Shown: positions 1 to 11,721 of the stretch, one piece after another
How positions within the stretch are numbered: position 1 is the stretch's first letter
Layout of the letters: each line of letters opens with the position of its first letter
NCBI GenBank assembly: GCA_031177985.1
Contig: JAPSJW010000006.1
Coordinates: 46,047 to 110,046, forward strand
From: Microbacteriaceae bacterium
GTDB lineage: Bacteria; Actinomycetota; Actinomycetes; Actinomycetales; Microbacteriaceae
Direction of reading: 5' to 3'
Length of the DNA: 64,000 bases
Notes under the pieces: generated by a model
What the model was told of the DNA's origin: nothing
Databases searched by the model: none
What the model saw: the letters and a program-made list of their open reading frames with translations, nothing else
Translations under genes and position numbers: made by a program

Positions 1-1887
<1,887 letters not shown>

Positions 1888-1903
1888 CGTCCGCTGTCGC
1901 GAC

Positions 1904-1938
1904 GAAGGGGCCCCGTCTGACACAGGCGGGGCCCCTTC
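1904..1938 (+). terminator. stem-loop after acnA (perfect 12-bp GC-rich stem, 11-nt loop)
   Basis: GAAGGGGCCCCG (1904-1915) pairs perfectly with CGGGGCCCCTTC (1927-1938), 17 nt after the acnA stop. There is no clear U-tract, which is common in high-GC actinobacteria. Confidence 0.55.
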
Positions 1939-1993
1939 CGCAACTCGGAGGAGGCTCCCCGGTTCGCACCCTCGAGCGACGTAGGCTGGGGGC

Positions 1994-3958
1994 ATGGGTC
2001 TGCTCGAGTCGATCTCCGGTCCGCGCGACCTCGACGGTCTCACCCCCGAGCAGTTCGAGGAGCTGGCCGCCGAGATCCGCCGCTTCCTGGTCAGCGAGGT
2101 CTCAAAGACCGGTGGTCACCTCGGTCCGAACCTCGGGGTCGTCGAACTCACGCTGGCGATCCACAGCGTGTTCGACTCGCCGCGGGACGCGATCGTCTTC
2201 GACACCGGGCACCAGAGCTACGTGCACAAGCTCCTCACGGGCCGCCATGACTTCTCGCGACTTCGGCAGAAGGGCGGTCTCGCCGGCTACCCGCAGCGCT
2301 CGGAGAGCCCCCACGACATCGTCGAGAGCTCGCACGCATCCAGTTCCCTCTCGTGGGCCGACGGCATCTCGCGCGCCTTCGAGATGACCGGTCAGGGCGA
2401 CCGGCACGTCGTCGCGGTCGTCGGAGACGGCGCCCTCACCGGTGGCATGACCTGGGAGGCGCTGAACAACATCAGCGACGACAACTCCCGCAACCTCGTC
2501 ATCGTCGTCAACGACAACGGACGCTCGTACGCCCCCACGATCGGCGGCATGGCGCGCTTCCTCAACGACGTGCGCACCAGACGCAGCTACCGCAACCTGC
2601 ACCAGTCGAGCCGGCGTCTGTTCGACCGGCTCGGGCGTCCGGGCCGGGCGATCTACCGCGGCATCCGCGGCGGCACCCACGGGTTCCTCGCCCGCTTCAC
2701 CGGCAACGAGGCGCTCTACTCGAACCTCGACATCAAGTACCTGGGTCCCGTCGACGGCCACGACCTCGACGCCCTCCGCGAGGTGCTCGCCCAGGCGAAG
2801 AACTACGGCGCCCCGGTCATCGTGCATGCGATCACCCAGAAGGGCCGCGGCTACGAGCCCGCGATGCTCGACGTGGCGGACCAGTTCCACGCGGTCGGCC
2901 AGATCGACCCGGAGACCGGGGAGCCGGTCGAGATCGCGAGCAGGCCGTCCTGGACCAGCGTCTTCGCCGACGAGATCCTCAGGCTGGCCGATCGCGACCC
3001 GCGCATCGTCGGCATCACCGCCGCGATGCTGCGTCCGACGGGGCTGCACGCCTTCGCGGAGCGCCACCCAGACCGCGTGCTCGACGTCGGCATCGCCGAG
3101 CAGCACGCCGTCACGAGCGCGGCGGGTCTGGCGTTCGGCGGTCTGCATCCGGTTGTCGCGCTGTACGCGACCTTCGTCAACCGGGCCTTCGACCAGGTGC
3201 TCATGGACGTGGCGCTGCACAAGGCGGGTGTCACCTTCGTGCTCGACCGAGCCGGCGTGACCGGGCCCGACGGTGCAAGCCACCACGGCATGTGGGACCT
3301 CGCGATCCTGCAGGTCGTCCCCGGCATCCGGATCGCCGCTCCCCGTGACGCCACGCGGCTGCGCGAGGAGCTCGCCGAGGCGGTCCAGGTGGACGACGCT
3401 CCCACCGTGCTGCGCTTCTCGAAGGGCGAGGTGGGCAGCGAGCACGAGGCGCAGCGCCGCACTCGGGACGGGGTCGACGTGCTGCGTGAGGCCGCGCACC
3501 GCGACGTGCTGATCGTCACGGTCGGCCCGATGGCCGACATCGGACTCGCCGTCGCCGAGAGGCTCGCCGCTCAGGGCATCGGCGCCACGGTGGTCGACCC
3601 GCGGTGGGTCGTTCCTGTCGCCGAGAGCGTCATCGACCTGGCCCGCGAGCACCGGATCGTCATCACGATCGAGGACGGCGTGCGTGTCGGCGGCATCGGC
3701 ACCCGCATCCGTCAGGACCTCCGCGCCGCGGGCGTCGACACCGCTGTGACCGAGCTCGGCCTTCCCGACGAGTTCCTCGAGCACGCCAGCCGGAGCCAGA
3801 TCCTGGAACGGGTCGGGCTCACGCCGCAGGCGATCGCCCGCGACGTCGTCGAGCAGGTGCTCGGCATGAAGATCCCGGTCGCGCGTCCGCTGCCCGAGGA
3901 CGAGCGTCCGGGGACTCCGCTCGCCGACGAGCTGCGGCTGCGCAGGTCCGAGGACTAG
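1994..3958 (+). CDS. dxs: 1-deoxy-D-xylulose-5-phosphate synthase
   Basis: 654 aa. N-terminus MGLLESISGPRDLDGLTPEQ, GGHLGPNLGVVELT, thiamine-diphosphate motif GDGALTGGMTWEALNN...VVNDNGRSY, and a transketolase-like C-terminal half. Confidence 0.95.
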   Translation: MGLLESISGPRDLDGLTPEQFEELAAEIRRFLVSEVSKTGGHLGPNLGVVELTLAIHSVFDSPRDAIVFDTGHQSYVHKLLTGRHDFSRLRQKGGLAGYPQRSESPHDIVESSHASSSLSWADGISRAFEMTGQGDRHVVAVVGDGALTGGMTWEALNNISDDNSRNLVIVVNDNGRSYAPTIGGMARFLNDVRTRRSYRNLHQSSRRLFDRLGRPGRAIYRGIRGGTHGFLARFTGNEALYSNLDIKYLGPVDGHDLDALREVLAQAKNYGAPVIVHAITQKGRGYEPAMLDVADQFHAVGQIDPETGEPVEIASRPSWTSVFADEILRLADRDPRIVGITAAMLRPTGLHAFAERHPDRVLDVGIAEQHAVTSAAGLAFGGLHPVVALYATFVNRAFDQVLMDVALHKAGVTFVLDRAGVTGPDGASHHGMWDLAILQVVPGIRIAAPRDATRLREELAEAVQVDDAPTVLRFSKGEVGSEHEAQRRTRDGVDVLREAAHRDVLIVTVGPMADIGLAVAERLAAQGIGATVVDPRWVVPVAESVIDLAREHRIVITIEDGVRVGGIGTRIRQDLRAAGVDTAVTELGLPDEFLEHASRSQILERVGLTPQAIARDVVEQVLGMKIPVARPLPEDERPGTPLADELRLRRSED

Positions 3959-3964
3959 GCCGAG

Positions 3965-4504
3965 CTAGCCCCGCAGGTCGTACACCAGCTCGACCGCCCC
4001 CGAGTCGCCCATCGGCGTCGCGGAGGTCAGACGCATGGGCTTCGTGCGGCGCCAGGGCAGGAGCGGGCGGCCGGCGCCGAGCGTGACGGGCATGACGGTG
4101 ATCAACAGCTCGTCGAGCGCGTCCGCCTCGCCCAACTGCGCGACCACCGGACCACCGCCGACGATCCACACGTCCTTGCCGCTGGCCGACTCGCGGATGC
4201 GGGGAATCACCTCTGGCAGGGCGCCGCCGACGAATCGCACATCGGCTCCGTCGGGCACCGGCAGTCCCGCCCGCGAGGTGAGCACCCAGGTCGGGAGGGA
4301 TCCGTACGCCCACGGTTCGCCCTCGTCGAGGATCCACCGGTAGGTCGTCGAGCCCATCACGAGCGCGCCGACGTCGGCGAGGAAGCGGTCGTAGCTCTCC
4401 TGGAACTGCTCGAAGCCGAACTGCAGGAGCCAGGAGAGGTCGTCGTCCTCCGTGGCGATGAAGCCGTCGAGCGACGAGGCCACGTAGTAGCGGAAGCGCG
4501 TCAT
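3965..4504 (-). CDS. dihydrofolate reductase family protein (RibD C-terminal-like domain)
   Basis: 179 aa. MTRFRYYVASSLDGFIATEDDDLSWL... and the C-terminal pattern WIVGGGPVVAQ...DELLITVMPVTLGAG are typical of this family. Confidence 0.8.
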   Translation of the reverse strand: MTRFRYYVASSLDGFIATEDDDLSWLLQFGFEQFQESYDRFLADVGALVMGSTTYRWILDEGEPWAYGSLPTWVLTSRAGLPVPDGADVRFVGGALPEVIPRIRESASGKDVWIVGGGPVVAQLGEADALDELLITVMPVTLGAGRPLLPWRRTKPMRLTSATPMGDSGAVELVYDLRG

Positions 4505-4535
4505 ACCGCCAGGCTAAGACGCACCGGGGACAGCG

Positions 4536-4567
4536 GAACGCCCTCGGGGTGGGACCCGAGGGCGTTC
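4536..4567 (-). terminator. stem-loop just downstream of fadB (perfect 12-bp stem, 8-nt loop)
   Basis: GAACGCCCTCGG (4536-4547) is the reverse complement of CCGAGGGCGTTC (4556-4567). It lies 6 nt beyond the fadB stop on the minus strand. Confidence 0.5.
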
Positions 4568-4572
4568 GGATG

Positions 4573-6705
4573 TCACTGCACGCCGCGGATCGGCGGGTGG
4601 TGGAAGGTGTCGCCGAAGGCGCGCTCGGACGCGCCGACGCGGTCGAGGTAGGGAGTCGCACCACCCATCTGGAACGGCCAGCCTGCGCCGAGGATGAGGC
4701 ACAGGTCGATGTCCTCGGCAGCCGCGACGACGCCGTCCTCGAGCATCCGGTGGATCTCGTCCGCGAGGCCGTCCTCGATGCGACGCAACAGCTGCTCGCC
4801 GGTCATCGGGCTCATCGCCGCTCCGGGCCCGGGCCTGACGATCTCGACGGCCTTCTTGTCGTAGCCCTTGATCTTCCCCTTGCCGTCCCGCTCGAAGATG
4901 CGGCCGTGCTCCGCCAGGCGATGCAGGTTCTGCGACTCGAAGAAGCGCTCGGGGAAGGCGGCGTGGTGGGTGTCCAGCACGTGAGCGCCGACCTTCAGTC
5001 CTACGAGCTCGAGCAGCTCGAACGGGGTCATCGGCAGCCCGAAGGGCTGGACGGAGCGGTCGACGACCTCGAACGGCGTGCCGGTGTCGACGGCGTGCAT
5101 CGCCTCTCCGAGCAGCTTCGCCAGGATGCGGTTGACGACGAAGCCCGGCGTGTCCGCGGTGATGACGGCGTTCTTCTTGAGCTTCGCCGCGACCGCCATG
5201 GCGGTGCTGAGCGCCTCATCCGTCGTCTGCGGAGTCTTCACGACCTCGATCAGGGGCATGACGGCGACCGGGTTGAAGAAGTGGAAGCCGACGACCCGCT
5301 CGGGGTGCCGCAGCTTCGCACCGATCTGCTCGACCGACAGCGAGGAGGTGTTCGTGGCGAGGATCGCGTCGTCGGAGACGTGCTGCTCGACCTCGGCGAA
5401 CACCTGCTGCTTGACGCCGAGCTCCTCGAAGACGGCCTCGATGACCCAGTCGCAGTCGGCGAAGTCGGCCTTGTCGGTGGTGCCGGTCACGAGCGCCTTC
5501 AGCCGGTTCGACTCGTCGGAGGAGATGCGGCCCTTCTCACGCAGCGAGTCGACCTCGCCGTGGATCGTCGCGACCCCCTTGTCGACCCGCTCCTGGTCGA
5601 GGTCGGTGATCACGACGGGAACCTGCAGGCGGCGCACGAAGAGGGTCGCGAACTGGGTGGCCATCAGCCCTGCACCCAGCACGCCCACCTTCGTCACCGG
5701 GCGCGCGAGAGCCTTGTCCGGCGCCCCGGCCGGCTTCTTGGCGCGCTTCTGCACGAGGTTGAACGCGTAGAGGCTCGCCCGGAACTGATCGCCCGAGAGC
5801 AGGTCCGCAAGAGCCTCGTCCTCCGCGGCGAAGCCGGTCGCCCGATCGGTGTTCTTGGCGGCCTTGAGCAGGTCGAGCGCCTTGTACGGCGACTGCGCGA
5901 CCGTGCCGATGCGGCTCTCGAGCATCTTGCGGGCGATGCCGACCGCGGCGTCCCACTTGACGGCGCGCTCGATCTTGCCGGGCTGGTTCGGCCGCTTGAC
6001 CTTGATGTCGCCGCCGATCACGCGATCGGCCCATCGCAGCGACTCCTCGAGGAACGCGGCGGGGGAGAACATCGCGTCGGCGATGCCGAGCTCGAGCACG
6101 TCCGCAGGCTTCAGGGTGCGGTTGTTCTTCAGCGGGTTCTCGATCACGACCTTGAGCGCGTTCTCGATCCCGATGAGGTTGGGCAGCAGCCAGGCGCCGC
6201 CCCAGCCAGGGATGATCCCGAGGAAGACCTCGGGAAGCGCGACGGCCGCGGCGGAGGAGTCGATCGTGCGGTAGTCCGCGTTGAGCGCGATCTCGAGTCC
6301 GCCGCCGAGTGCGAGCCCGTTGATGAAGACGAAGGTGGGCACTCCGAAGTCGTGCAGCCGCCCGAGCACCTGATGGCCGAGCTGCGCCATCTGCTTCGCG
6401 ACCTCCCGGGACGGGATGTCGCCGGCCTGGGACAGGTCGGCGCCCGCGGCGAGGATGAACGGCTTGCCGGTGATGGCGAGGCCGTGGATCTCGCCGCGAG
6501 CAGCGCGTGCCTTCTGCTCGTCGAGCACCTCGGCGAGCTGGAACAGCGTCGCCGGCCCGAGGGTGTTGGGCCTCGTGTGGTCCTTGCCGTTGTCGATCGT
6601 GATGAGCGCGAGCGTGCGGCCGCTCGCGAGCGTCACATCGCGCGCGTGGGAGTGGGTGATGACCTCGTCCTGGCTGAGATTCCTCAGTTCGTCGAACTGC
6701 GCCAT
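4573..6705 (-). CDS. fadB: fatty-acid oxidation protein FadB (enoyl-CoA hydratase / 3-hydroxyacyl-CoA dehydrogenase)
   Basis: Track ORF 4573..7626 is an artificial 5' extension across fadA in another frame. Homology starts at MAQFDELRNL (ATG 6705-6703), whose A is shared with the fadA TGA. N-terminal crotonase fold (FINGLALGGGLEIAL) followed by an NAD-binding dehydrogenase part (VGVLGAGLMATQ). 710 aa. Confidence 0.9.
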   Translation of the reverse strand: MAQFDELRNLSQDEVITHSHARDVTLASGRTLALITIDNGKDHTRPNTLGPATLFQLAEVLDEQKARAARGEIHGLAITGKPFILAAGADLSQAGDIPSREVAKQMAQLGHQVLGRLHDFGVPTFVFINGLALGGGLEIALNADYRTIDSSAAAVALPEVFLGIIPGWGGAWLLPNLIGIENALKVVIENPLKNNRTLKPADVLELGIADAMFSPAAFLEESLRWADRVIGGDIKVKRPNQPGKIERAVKWDAAVGIARKMLESRIGTVAQSPYKALDLLKAAKNTDRATGFAAEDEALADLLSGDQFRASLYAFNLVQKRAKKPAGAPDKALARPVTKVGVLGAGLMATQFATLFVRRLQVPVVITDLDQERVDKGVATIHGEVDSLREKGRISSDESNRLKALVTGTTDKADFADCDWVIEAVFEELGVKQQVFAEVEQHVSDDAILATNTSSLSVEQIGAKLRHPERVVGFHFFNPVAVMPLIEVVKTPQTTDEALSTAMAVAAKLKKNAVITADTPGFVVNRILAKLLGEAMHAVDTGTPFEVVDRSVQPFGLPMTPFELLELVGLKVGAHVLDTHHAAFPERFFESQNLHRLAEHGRIFERDGKGKIKGYDKKAVEIVRPGPGAAMSPMTGEQLLRRIEDGLADEIHRMLEDGVVAAAEDIDLCLILGAGWPFQMGGATPYLDRVGASERAFGDTFHHPPIRGVQ

Positions 6706-7907
6706 CACTTCCTCCTCTTGCCGTTGTAGTGCGGGTTCTCCCAGATGACGGTGCCGCCCTGCCCGAGGCCGACGCACATCGCGGTGAGGCCGTACCGCAC
6801 CTCCGGGTGCTCCTCGAACTGGCGGGCGAGCTGGATCATCAGCCGCACCCCCGACGAGGCGAGCGGGTGGCCGAAGGCGATGGCGCCGCCGTACTCGTTG
6901 ACGCGCGGGTCGTCGTCGTCCAGTCCGAAGTGGTCGAGGAAGGCGAGCACCTGCACGGCGAAGGCCTCGTTGAGCTCGAACAGTCCGATGTCCTCGATCG
7001 AGAGGCCGGCTTTCTTGAGCGCCTTCTCGGTGGACGGCACGGGCCCGATGCCCATGATCTCCGGGTCGACGCCGGCGAAGGCGAAGGTGACGAGCCGCAT
7101 CTTCACCGGCAGGTCGAACTCCTTCGCAGCATCCGCGCTCGCCATCAGCGAGACGGTCGCGCCGTCGTTGAGTCCGGACGAGTTGCCCGCCGTCACGCGC
7201 CCGTGCGGTCGGAAGGGCGTCTTGAGGCCGGCGAGACCCTCCAGCGTGGTCTCGGGTCTGGGCGCCTCGTCCTTGGTCGCAAGACCCCATCCGCTCTCGC
7301 TGCGGGTGGCGACGGGGACGAGGTCGGGCTGGATCCTGCCCGCCTCGTAGGCGGCGGCCACCTTCTGCTGGCTGCGCATCGCGTAGCGGTCGGCCCGCTC
7401 CTTGGTGAGGTGCGGGAAGCGATCGTGGATGCGCTCGGCGGTCTTGCCCATGTTCAGGGCGTCCTCGCTCACCATCCGCTCGGAGAGGAAGCGCGGGTTG
7501 GGGTCGGCGTTGAAGCCCATCGGGTGACGGCCCATGTGCTCGACGCCGCCGGCGAGAGCGACGTCGTATGCGCCGAAGCCGATGGCGGATGCGGTGGTCG
7601 TCACGCTCGTCATAGCGCCCGCGCACATACGGTCGATGGCGTAGCCCGGCACCGTCTTGGGCAGACCGGCGAGGATGGCCGTGGTGCGTCCGAGGGTGAG
7701 GCCCTGGTCGCCCTGCTGCGTCGTCGCGGCGACCGCGACGTCGTCGATGCGGTCCTTCGGCAGTGACGGGTTGCGCTCGAGGAGGCCGATCATCGCCTTG
7801 ACGATGAGGTCGTCGGCTCGGGTCTGCCAGTACATGCCCTTCTCGCCCGCACGTCCGAACGGCGTACGGACTCCGTCGACGAAGACGACGTCGGTAGATG
7901 TGGCCAC
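6705..7907 (-). CDS. fadA: acetyl-CoA C-acyltransferase (thiolase) FadA
   Basis: 400 aa. Thiolase signatures DRMCAGAMTS, NEYGGAIAFGHPLASSG and AMCVGLGQGG. GTG start preceded by GGGAGG. Confidence 0.93.
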   Translation of the reverse strand: MATSTDVVFVDGVRTPFGRAGEKGMYWQTRADDLIVKAMIGLLERNPSLPKDRIDDVAVAATTQQGDQGLTLGRTTAILAGLPKTVPGYAIDRMCAGAMTSVTTTASAIGFGAYDVALAGGVEHMGRHPMGFNADPNPRFLSERMVSEDALNMGKTAERIHDRFPHLTKERADRYAMRSQQKVAAAYEAGRIQPDLVPVATRSESGWGLATKDEAPRPETTLEGLAGLKTPFRPHGRVTAGNSSGLNDGATVSLMASADAAKEFDLPVKMRLVTFAFAGVDPEIMGIGPVPSTEKALKKAGLSIEDIGLFELNEAFAVQVLAFLDHFGLDDDDPRVNEYGGAIAFGHPLASSGVRLMIQLARQFEEHPEVRYGLTAMCVGLGQGGTVIWENPHYNGKRRK

Positions 7908-7979
7908 AGTGCCTCCCTGGTTCGGTCCGCGAACGACCCTAGTCAGGGCGCAGCGGGGCGCCGAATGCTTTGGCTCTTC

Positions 7980-9206
7980 CTACGAAGAGGGCGGAGGGGC
8001 GTCGGAGGGCTCTTGTGCCGGCGCTACAAACGCATCGGCGATCACCTGTGCGGTTGCGTCAATCTGCCACGGGCGCGCGCCGACCGCGGCGAGTGCCGCG
8101 GCTACCGTCTGGGGGTCGATCGGGTCGGGCGGCGACCAGGCGACCCGGCGCAGGAGGTCGGGTGTGAGCAGGTTCTCCACCGGCAGGCTCAGCGCCCCCG
8201 CCACCTCGGTCACGGCTGCGCGAGCGGCCTTGAGCCGGCGGTCGGCGTCGGGATTGCGGTCAGGCCAGGAGCGCGGCGGCGGGATGGAGTCGCCTGGCGG
8301 CCGGAGCACCGGCAGGTCGTCGGTCTCGAGTCCGGCCTGGATGGCCGCCCACCAGCGGTCGAGCTGGGTACGGCTCGCTCGGCCGTTGAACTCCTTGAGC
8401 GCCGCGAGCTCGCGCTTGGACCCCGGCAGCACTCGCGCCGCCGCGACGAGGGCACCGTCGGGAACGAGACGGCCGGGCGCGGAGTCGATCTCGCGGGCGT
8501 AGGCGTCTCGGGCGTTCCAGAGCTCTCGGGCGACGGCGAGGTTGCGGGCGCCGCGGATGGAGTGCAGTCCGCTGAGGCGCCGCCAGGGCTCTGCGCGCGG
8601 CGGTGCGACGTCCTTGGCGAGCGTCGCAGCGAACTCCTGCTGCGCGATCTCGGACTTCCCCTGCTCATCGAGCACGCGCGCCAGCACTTCGTAGAGATCG
8701 ACGAGCAGCTCGACGTCGAGGGCGGCGTAGACGAGCCATGACTGGGGGAGCGGACGGGTCGACCAGTCGGCCGCCGAATGCTCCTTGGCGAGGTGCACGC
8801 CGAGCAGCTCCTCGGCGACGGTCGCGAGACCGACCCGCGGCATGCCGGCCAGTCGCGCGCCGAGCTCCGTGTCGAAGAGGAGCGTCGGGTCGAGACCAAC
8901 CTCGCGGAGGCAGGCGAGATCCTGGCTCGCGGCGTGCAGGATCCACAGCTCGTCGCCGATCGCCGCCTGGAGCTCCTCGAAGGAGCCGATGGCGGGCGGG
9001 TCGAAGAGGAAGGTGCCCGCGTCGCGCCGGAAGATCTGGATGAGGTACGCCCGCTGGCTGTAGCGATAGCCCGATGCCCGCTCCGCGTCGATCGCGATCG
9101 GGCCGGTGCCCGCCGCAATGCGCTCCACCGCGGCAAGGTAACCCTCGCGGTTGTCGATCACGTCGAGCGGTGTGTGGACGAGCGTGACCTCGTCGGGGCT
9201 ACTCAC
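7980..9206 (-). CDS. rnd: ribonuclease D-like 3'-5' exonuclease with HRDC domain
   Basis: Homology begins at GTG 9206 (VSSPDEVTLVHTPLDVIDNREGY...). DEDDy exonuclease motifs IAIDAERASGYRY, HAASQDL and YAALDVELLVDLY. The upstream 108 codons of track ORF 7980..9530 overlap the DUF3000 gene in another frame. Confidence 0.85.
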   Translation of the reverse strand: MSSPDEVTLVHTPLDVIDNREGYLAAVERIAAGTGPIAIDAERASGYRYSQRAYLIQIFRRDAGTFLFDPPAIGSFEELQAAIGDELWILHAASQDLACLREVGLDPTLLFDTELGARLAGMPRVGLATVAEELLGVHLAKEHSAADWSTRPLPQSWLVYAALDVELLVDLYEVLARVLDEQGKSEIAQQEFAATLAKDVAPPRAEPWRRLSGLHSIRGARNLAVARELWNARDAYAREIDSAPGRLVPDGALVAAARVLPGSKRELAALKEFNGRASRTQLDRWWAAIQAGLETDDLPVLRPPGDSIPPPRSWPDRNPDADRRLKAARAAVTEVAGALSLPVENLLTPDLLRRVAWSPPDPIDPQTVAAALAAVGARPWQIDATAQVIADAFVAPAQEPSDAPPPSS

Positions 9207-9840
9207 GCCCTGCTCGACGCGCAGACAGCACGGCGACTCCTTCGGTGGTGGGCGGCAGGCCCGCCAGCATGCACAGCAGTTCACCCCAGCCTTCCACATG
9301 AGCGGCGACGTCGCCGTCCAGTGGGGTCCACGAGGCGCGCAGCTCGATCTGGGCTCCGTCGCCCTGGGCGGCGAGCTCGCCGAAGCCGGTCGACAGGATG
9401 GTCGTCGCCGTGCCGGAGGCAGCGTGATAGCGGGCGCCACGAGCGTCGAGCGCGTCGACGAGCCAGGACCACGCCACATCCGAGAGGAGCGGGTCGGAGC
9501 CGATGTCCACCTCGAGCGGCGCCTGGGCATAGCAGACGATCCGGAAGGTCCCTCCCCAGGCGTCGGGCGCCGACGGGTCGTGCAGCAGGATGAAGCGTCC
9601 CGTGCCGAGGTCGGAGTCGCTCGAGTGCAGGGCAGGCGTCACGTCGGCAGCGAGAGCCACGGCGAACGGCGCGAGCTGTCCTGGAGCGGCGATCTCGGTG
9701 ACGGTGAGCTCGCTGCGCAGCGCCGCCCGTCGCACGGCCGTGAGCGCCGCCTGGAAGGCTGGCGGCATCGGTGGCGCAGAGGGCTGCTCGGGCACGCAAG
9801 GAAGACTACGGCGGCGCTGGTACTTTCGACTGGGCGGCAC
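9199..9840 (-). CDS. DUF3000 domain-containing protein
   Basis: The pattern ...LRSELTVTEIAAPGQLAPFAVALAADV...GRFILLHDPSAPDAWGGTFRIVCYAQAPLE... resembles the conserved actinobacterial DUF3000 family that usually accompanies rnd. The true start may be the internal ATG at 9768 (MPPAFQAAL). Confidence 0.7.
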   Translation of the reverse strand: MPPSRKYQRRRSLPCVPEQPSAPPMPPAFQAALTAVRRAALRSELTVTEIAAPGQLAPFAVALAADVTPALHSSDSDLGTGRFILLHDPSAPDAWGGTFRIVCYAQAPLEVDIGSDPLLSDVAWSWLVDALDARGARYHAASGTATTILSTGFGELAAQGDGAQIELRASWTPLDGDVAAHVEGWGELLCMLAGLPPTTEGVAVLSARRAGRE

Positions 9841-9881
9841 GCCGGAAGCGGCGCGCCGGGCGGTCGAGCAGCGGGAGAGCA

Positions 9882-11078
9882 GTGGGACGCGGACGGATCA
9901 CAGCGGGCATCGGCCTGGCAGCTGCCGGCGGCGTCGGGGTGCTGGGTGTCGGGCTGCTGTCCTGGGCGGCGGCGATCGCCCGCACGGTGGTGACTCCTCC
10001 CGGCCGCCGCTACGAGGACGTGCGGATCCTCGGCGTCACGCCCGGCACCATCACCCTCGAGGCGACGCTGGATGCCGTGGTACCCGGCGACTACAGCTTC
10101 TGGTTCGCGCAGAACGACGGGCACGCGAGGGTGGGGGAGATCCTGCACCGCGCTCCCGGTGCGGTGACACGGCGACTGCTGGGGGTCGACTTCGGCGAGC
10201 TCCACCGGGCCAAGCGCGGCCGGATCAGCGGCTGGCTCTACCTCACTCCCCGCGAGCTCGGAGTCGACTTCGAGGATGTCACCGTCGACACCGAGGTCGG
10301 TCCGGCTCCCGCCTGGCTGGTTCCCGGCGGGGACGGTCGCGACTGGGTGATCCAGGTGCACGGCCGCGCCGTGCGCCGGGCCGAGGGGCTCCGCGCGGTC
10401 CCGGTGTTCCGCGAGGCCGGCTACACCTCGCTCCTCATCTCGTACCGCAATGACGGCGACGCCCCGCGCTCCGCCGACGCCCGGTACGCGCTGGGCGACA
10501 CCGAGTGGCGCGACGTCGAGGCCGCGATCCGGTTCGCCCTCGACCGCGGCGCGGAGCGCGTGGTGCTGATGGGCTGGTCGATGGGCGGCGCGACGGTGCT
10601 CCAGACGGTGAGCAGGTCGGCTCTCGCACGCGTCGTGCCTGGCATCGTGCTCGAGTCGCCGGTCATCGACTGGGTGACCGCGCTGCGTTTCCAGGCACGC
10701 CTGCTGAGGCTTCCGTGGCCCATCCCGGGGCTCGTGCTCGGCATCCTCGGCTCGCGCTGGGGTGCACCGCTCGCGGGACGCCGCGAGCCGATCGATCTCG
10801 CGCGGCTCGACTTCGTCACGCGAGCCGCCGAGCTGAGGCTGCCGACGCTCGTGCTGCATAGCGACGACGACGGCTTCATCCCGGTGACCGCCTCGGAGCA
10901 GCTGGCCGACGCGCGCCCCGAGCTCGTGACCTTCGAGCGGTTCGCGGTGGGCAGGCACACGAAGCTCTGGAACTACGATCCCGAGCGCTGGGAGGGGGCG
11001 GTGCGGGACTGGCTCAGCCGTCTCGACGCGTCCACCGGCAGTACAGATACCCCTCGTCATCGGCGAGCAGCCCGCTGA
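9882..11078 (+). CDS. alpha/beta hydrolase with an N-terminal transmembrane segment
   Basis: Nucleophile elbow GWSMGG and the context VIQVHGRAVRR...LLISYRNDGDAP. The longest ORF starts at GTG 9771. I favour GTG 9882, which is preceded by GGGAGAG and encodes an N-terminal TM helix; the start remains uncertain. Confidence 0.75.
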   Translation: MGRGRITAGIGLAAAGGVGVLGVGLLSWAAAIARTVVTPPGRRYEDVRILGVTPGTITLEATLDAVVPGDYSFWFAQNDGHARVGEILHRAPGAVTRRLLGVDFGELHRAKRGRISGWLYLTPRELGVDFEDVTVDTEVGPAPAWLVPGGDGRDWVIQVHGRAVRRAEGLRAVPVFREAGYTSLLISYRNDGDAPRSADARYALGDTEWRDVEAAIRFALDRGAERVVLMGWSMGGATVLQTVSRSALARVVPGIVLESPVIDWVTALRFQARLLRLPWPIPGLVLGILGSRWGAPLAGRREPIDLARLDFVTRAAELRLPTLVLHSDDDGFIPVTASEQLADARPELVTFERFAVGRHTKLWNYDPERWEGAVRDWLSRLDASTGSTDTPRHRRAAR

Positions 11079-11721
11079 GGCTCATCGGCTGAGGCGTGGC
11101 CACCGGCAGCACCGGGAGGCCCGCCGCGGCGAGCATCGGAGCGATCGTGAGGCAGATCTCGTCGACCGCTCCGGCATCGAGCAGGTGGGCAGCGAGGGCC
11201 GGCCCGCCCTCGCAGACGATCGAGGTGTGGCCATCCGCCCGCAGCGCCTCGAGGAACCAGAGCGGATCGGCGGGATCGCCGGAGAGGAGACGGGCACCCC
11301 AGCGGTCGGCTCGCTCGCGCAGCGCAGTCGTGGGGTCGGCGCACAGCAGGATGAGCCGACCCTCGGACGGCGCCGGATCGAAGTCGCCGAGCTCGCCGGT
11401 GCGCGTGAGCACCGCCAGCGGGCGCCGCTTCGGCAGCAGGTACCTCTCGCGGCGAGCGGTCTCGGCGCCGACGAGCACGACATCGGCGGCGCGGCGGAGG
11501 GCGCCGAGAATGGCCCGATCGGCGCGGTTCGTCAGCGACTCTGAGGTGCCGTCGGCGCCGCGCGCGCTGCCGTCGATGCTCGCGACGAGGTTGAGCCGGG
11601 TCCACCCCGCGGACGGGCCTTCCAGCCAGCCGTCCAGCCGCTCCGCGACGCCGTCCTCACCGAGCCGGACCAGGTCCGGCTCGCCGTCCGGAACCGGCGG
11701 CAGGACGCGCCGGATCCTCAC
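11014..11721 (-). CDS. pyrimidine reductase / dihydrofolate reductase family protein (RibD C-terminal domain)
   Basis: Starts at GTG 11721, which overlaps the sufE TGA (GTGA). LNLVASIDGSARGADGTSESLTNRADRAILGALRRAADVVLVG and CEGGPALAAHLLDAGAVDEICLTIAP are typical of the family. The upstream part of track ORF 11014..11991 is the sufE region read in another frame. Confidence 0.75.
   Translation of the reverse strand: MRIRRVLPPVPDGEPDLVRLGEDGVAERLDGWLEGPSAGWTRLNLVASIDGSARGADGTSESLTNRADRAILGALRRAADVVLVGAETARRERYLLPKRRPLAVLTRTGELGDFDPAPSEGRLILLCADPTTALRERADRWGARLLSGDPADPLWFLEALRADGHTSIVCEGGPALAAHLLDAGAVDEICLTIAPMLAAAGLPVLPVATPQPMSLSGLLADDEGYLYCRWTRRDG

Noticed and set aside
2102-3784. Long ORFs antisense to or out of frame with recognised genes. 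Examples: 2102..3784(-), 4549..6729(+), 15684..16919(-), 23393..25048(-), 25788..27461(-), 30782..32197(-), 34158..35555(-), 36070..38628(-), 38706..41165(+), 43528..46209(-), 46337..48253(-), 50662..52200(-), 53594..55000(-), 59282..60436(-), 61156..63828(-).
   Set aside because: Each overlaps a gene with unmistakable family motifs on the other strand or frame. Their translations are low-complexity R/A/G/P/H/D-rich strings with no motifs. Such stop-free shadow frames are expected in ~70% GC DNA.
11014-11078. A 65-nt convergent overlap of the alpha/beta hydrolase and reductase-family 3' ends, considered as a sign of a frameshift or mis-called stop. Similar smaller overlaps occur at 18054-18082 and 38232-38253.
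   Set aside because: Both reading frames keep GC3 bias up to their stops, and neither shows a broken motif. Convergent terminal overlaps of non-conserved C-terminal tails are common in compact high-GC genomes. They cannot be resolved without comparative data.
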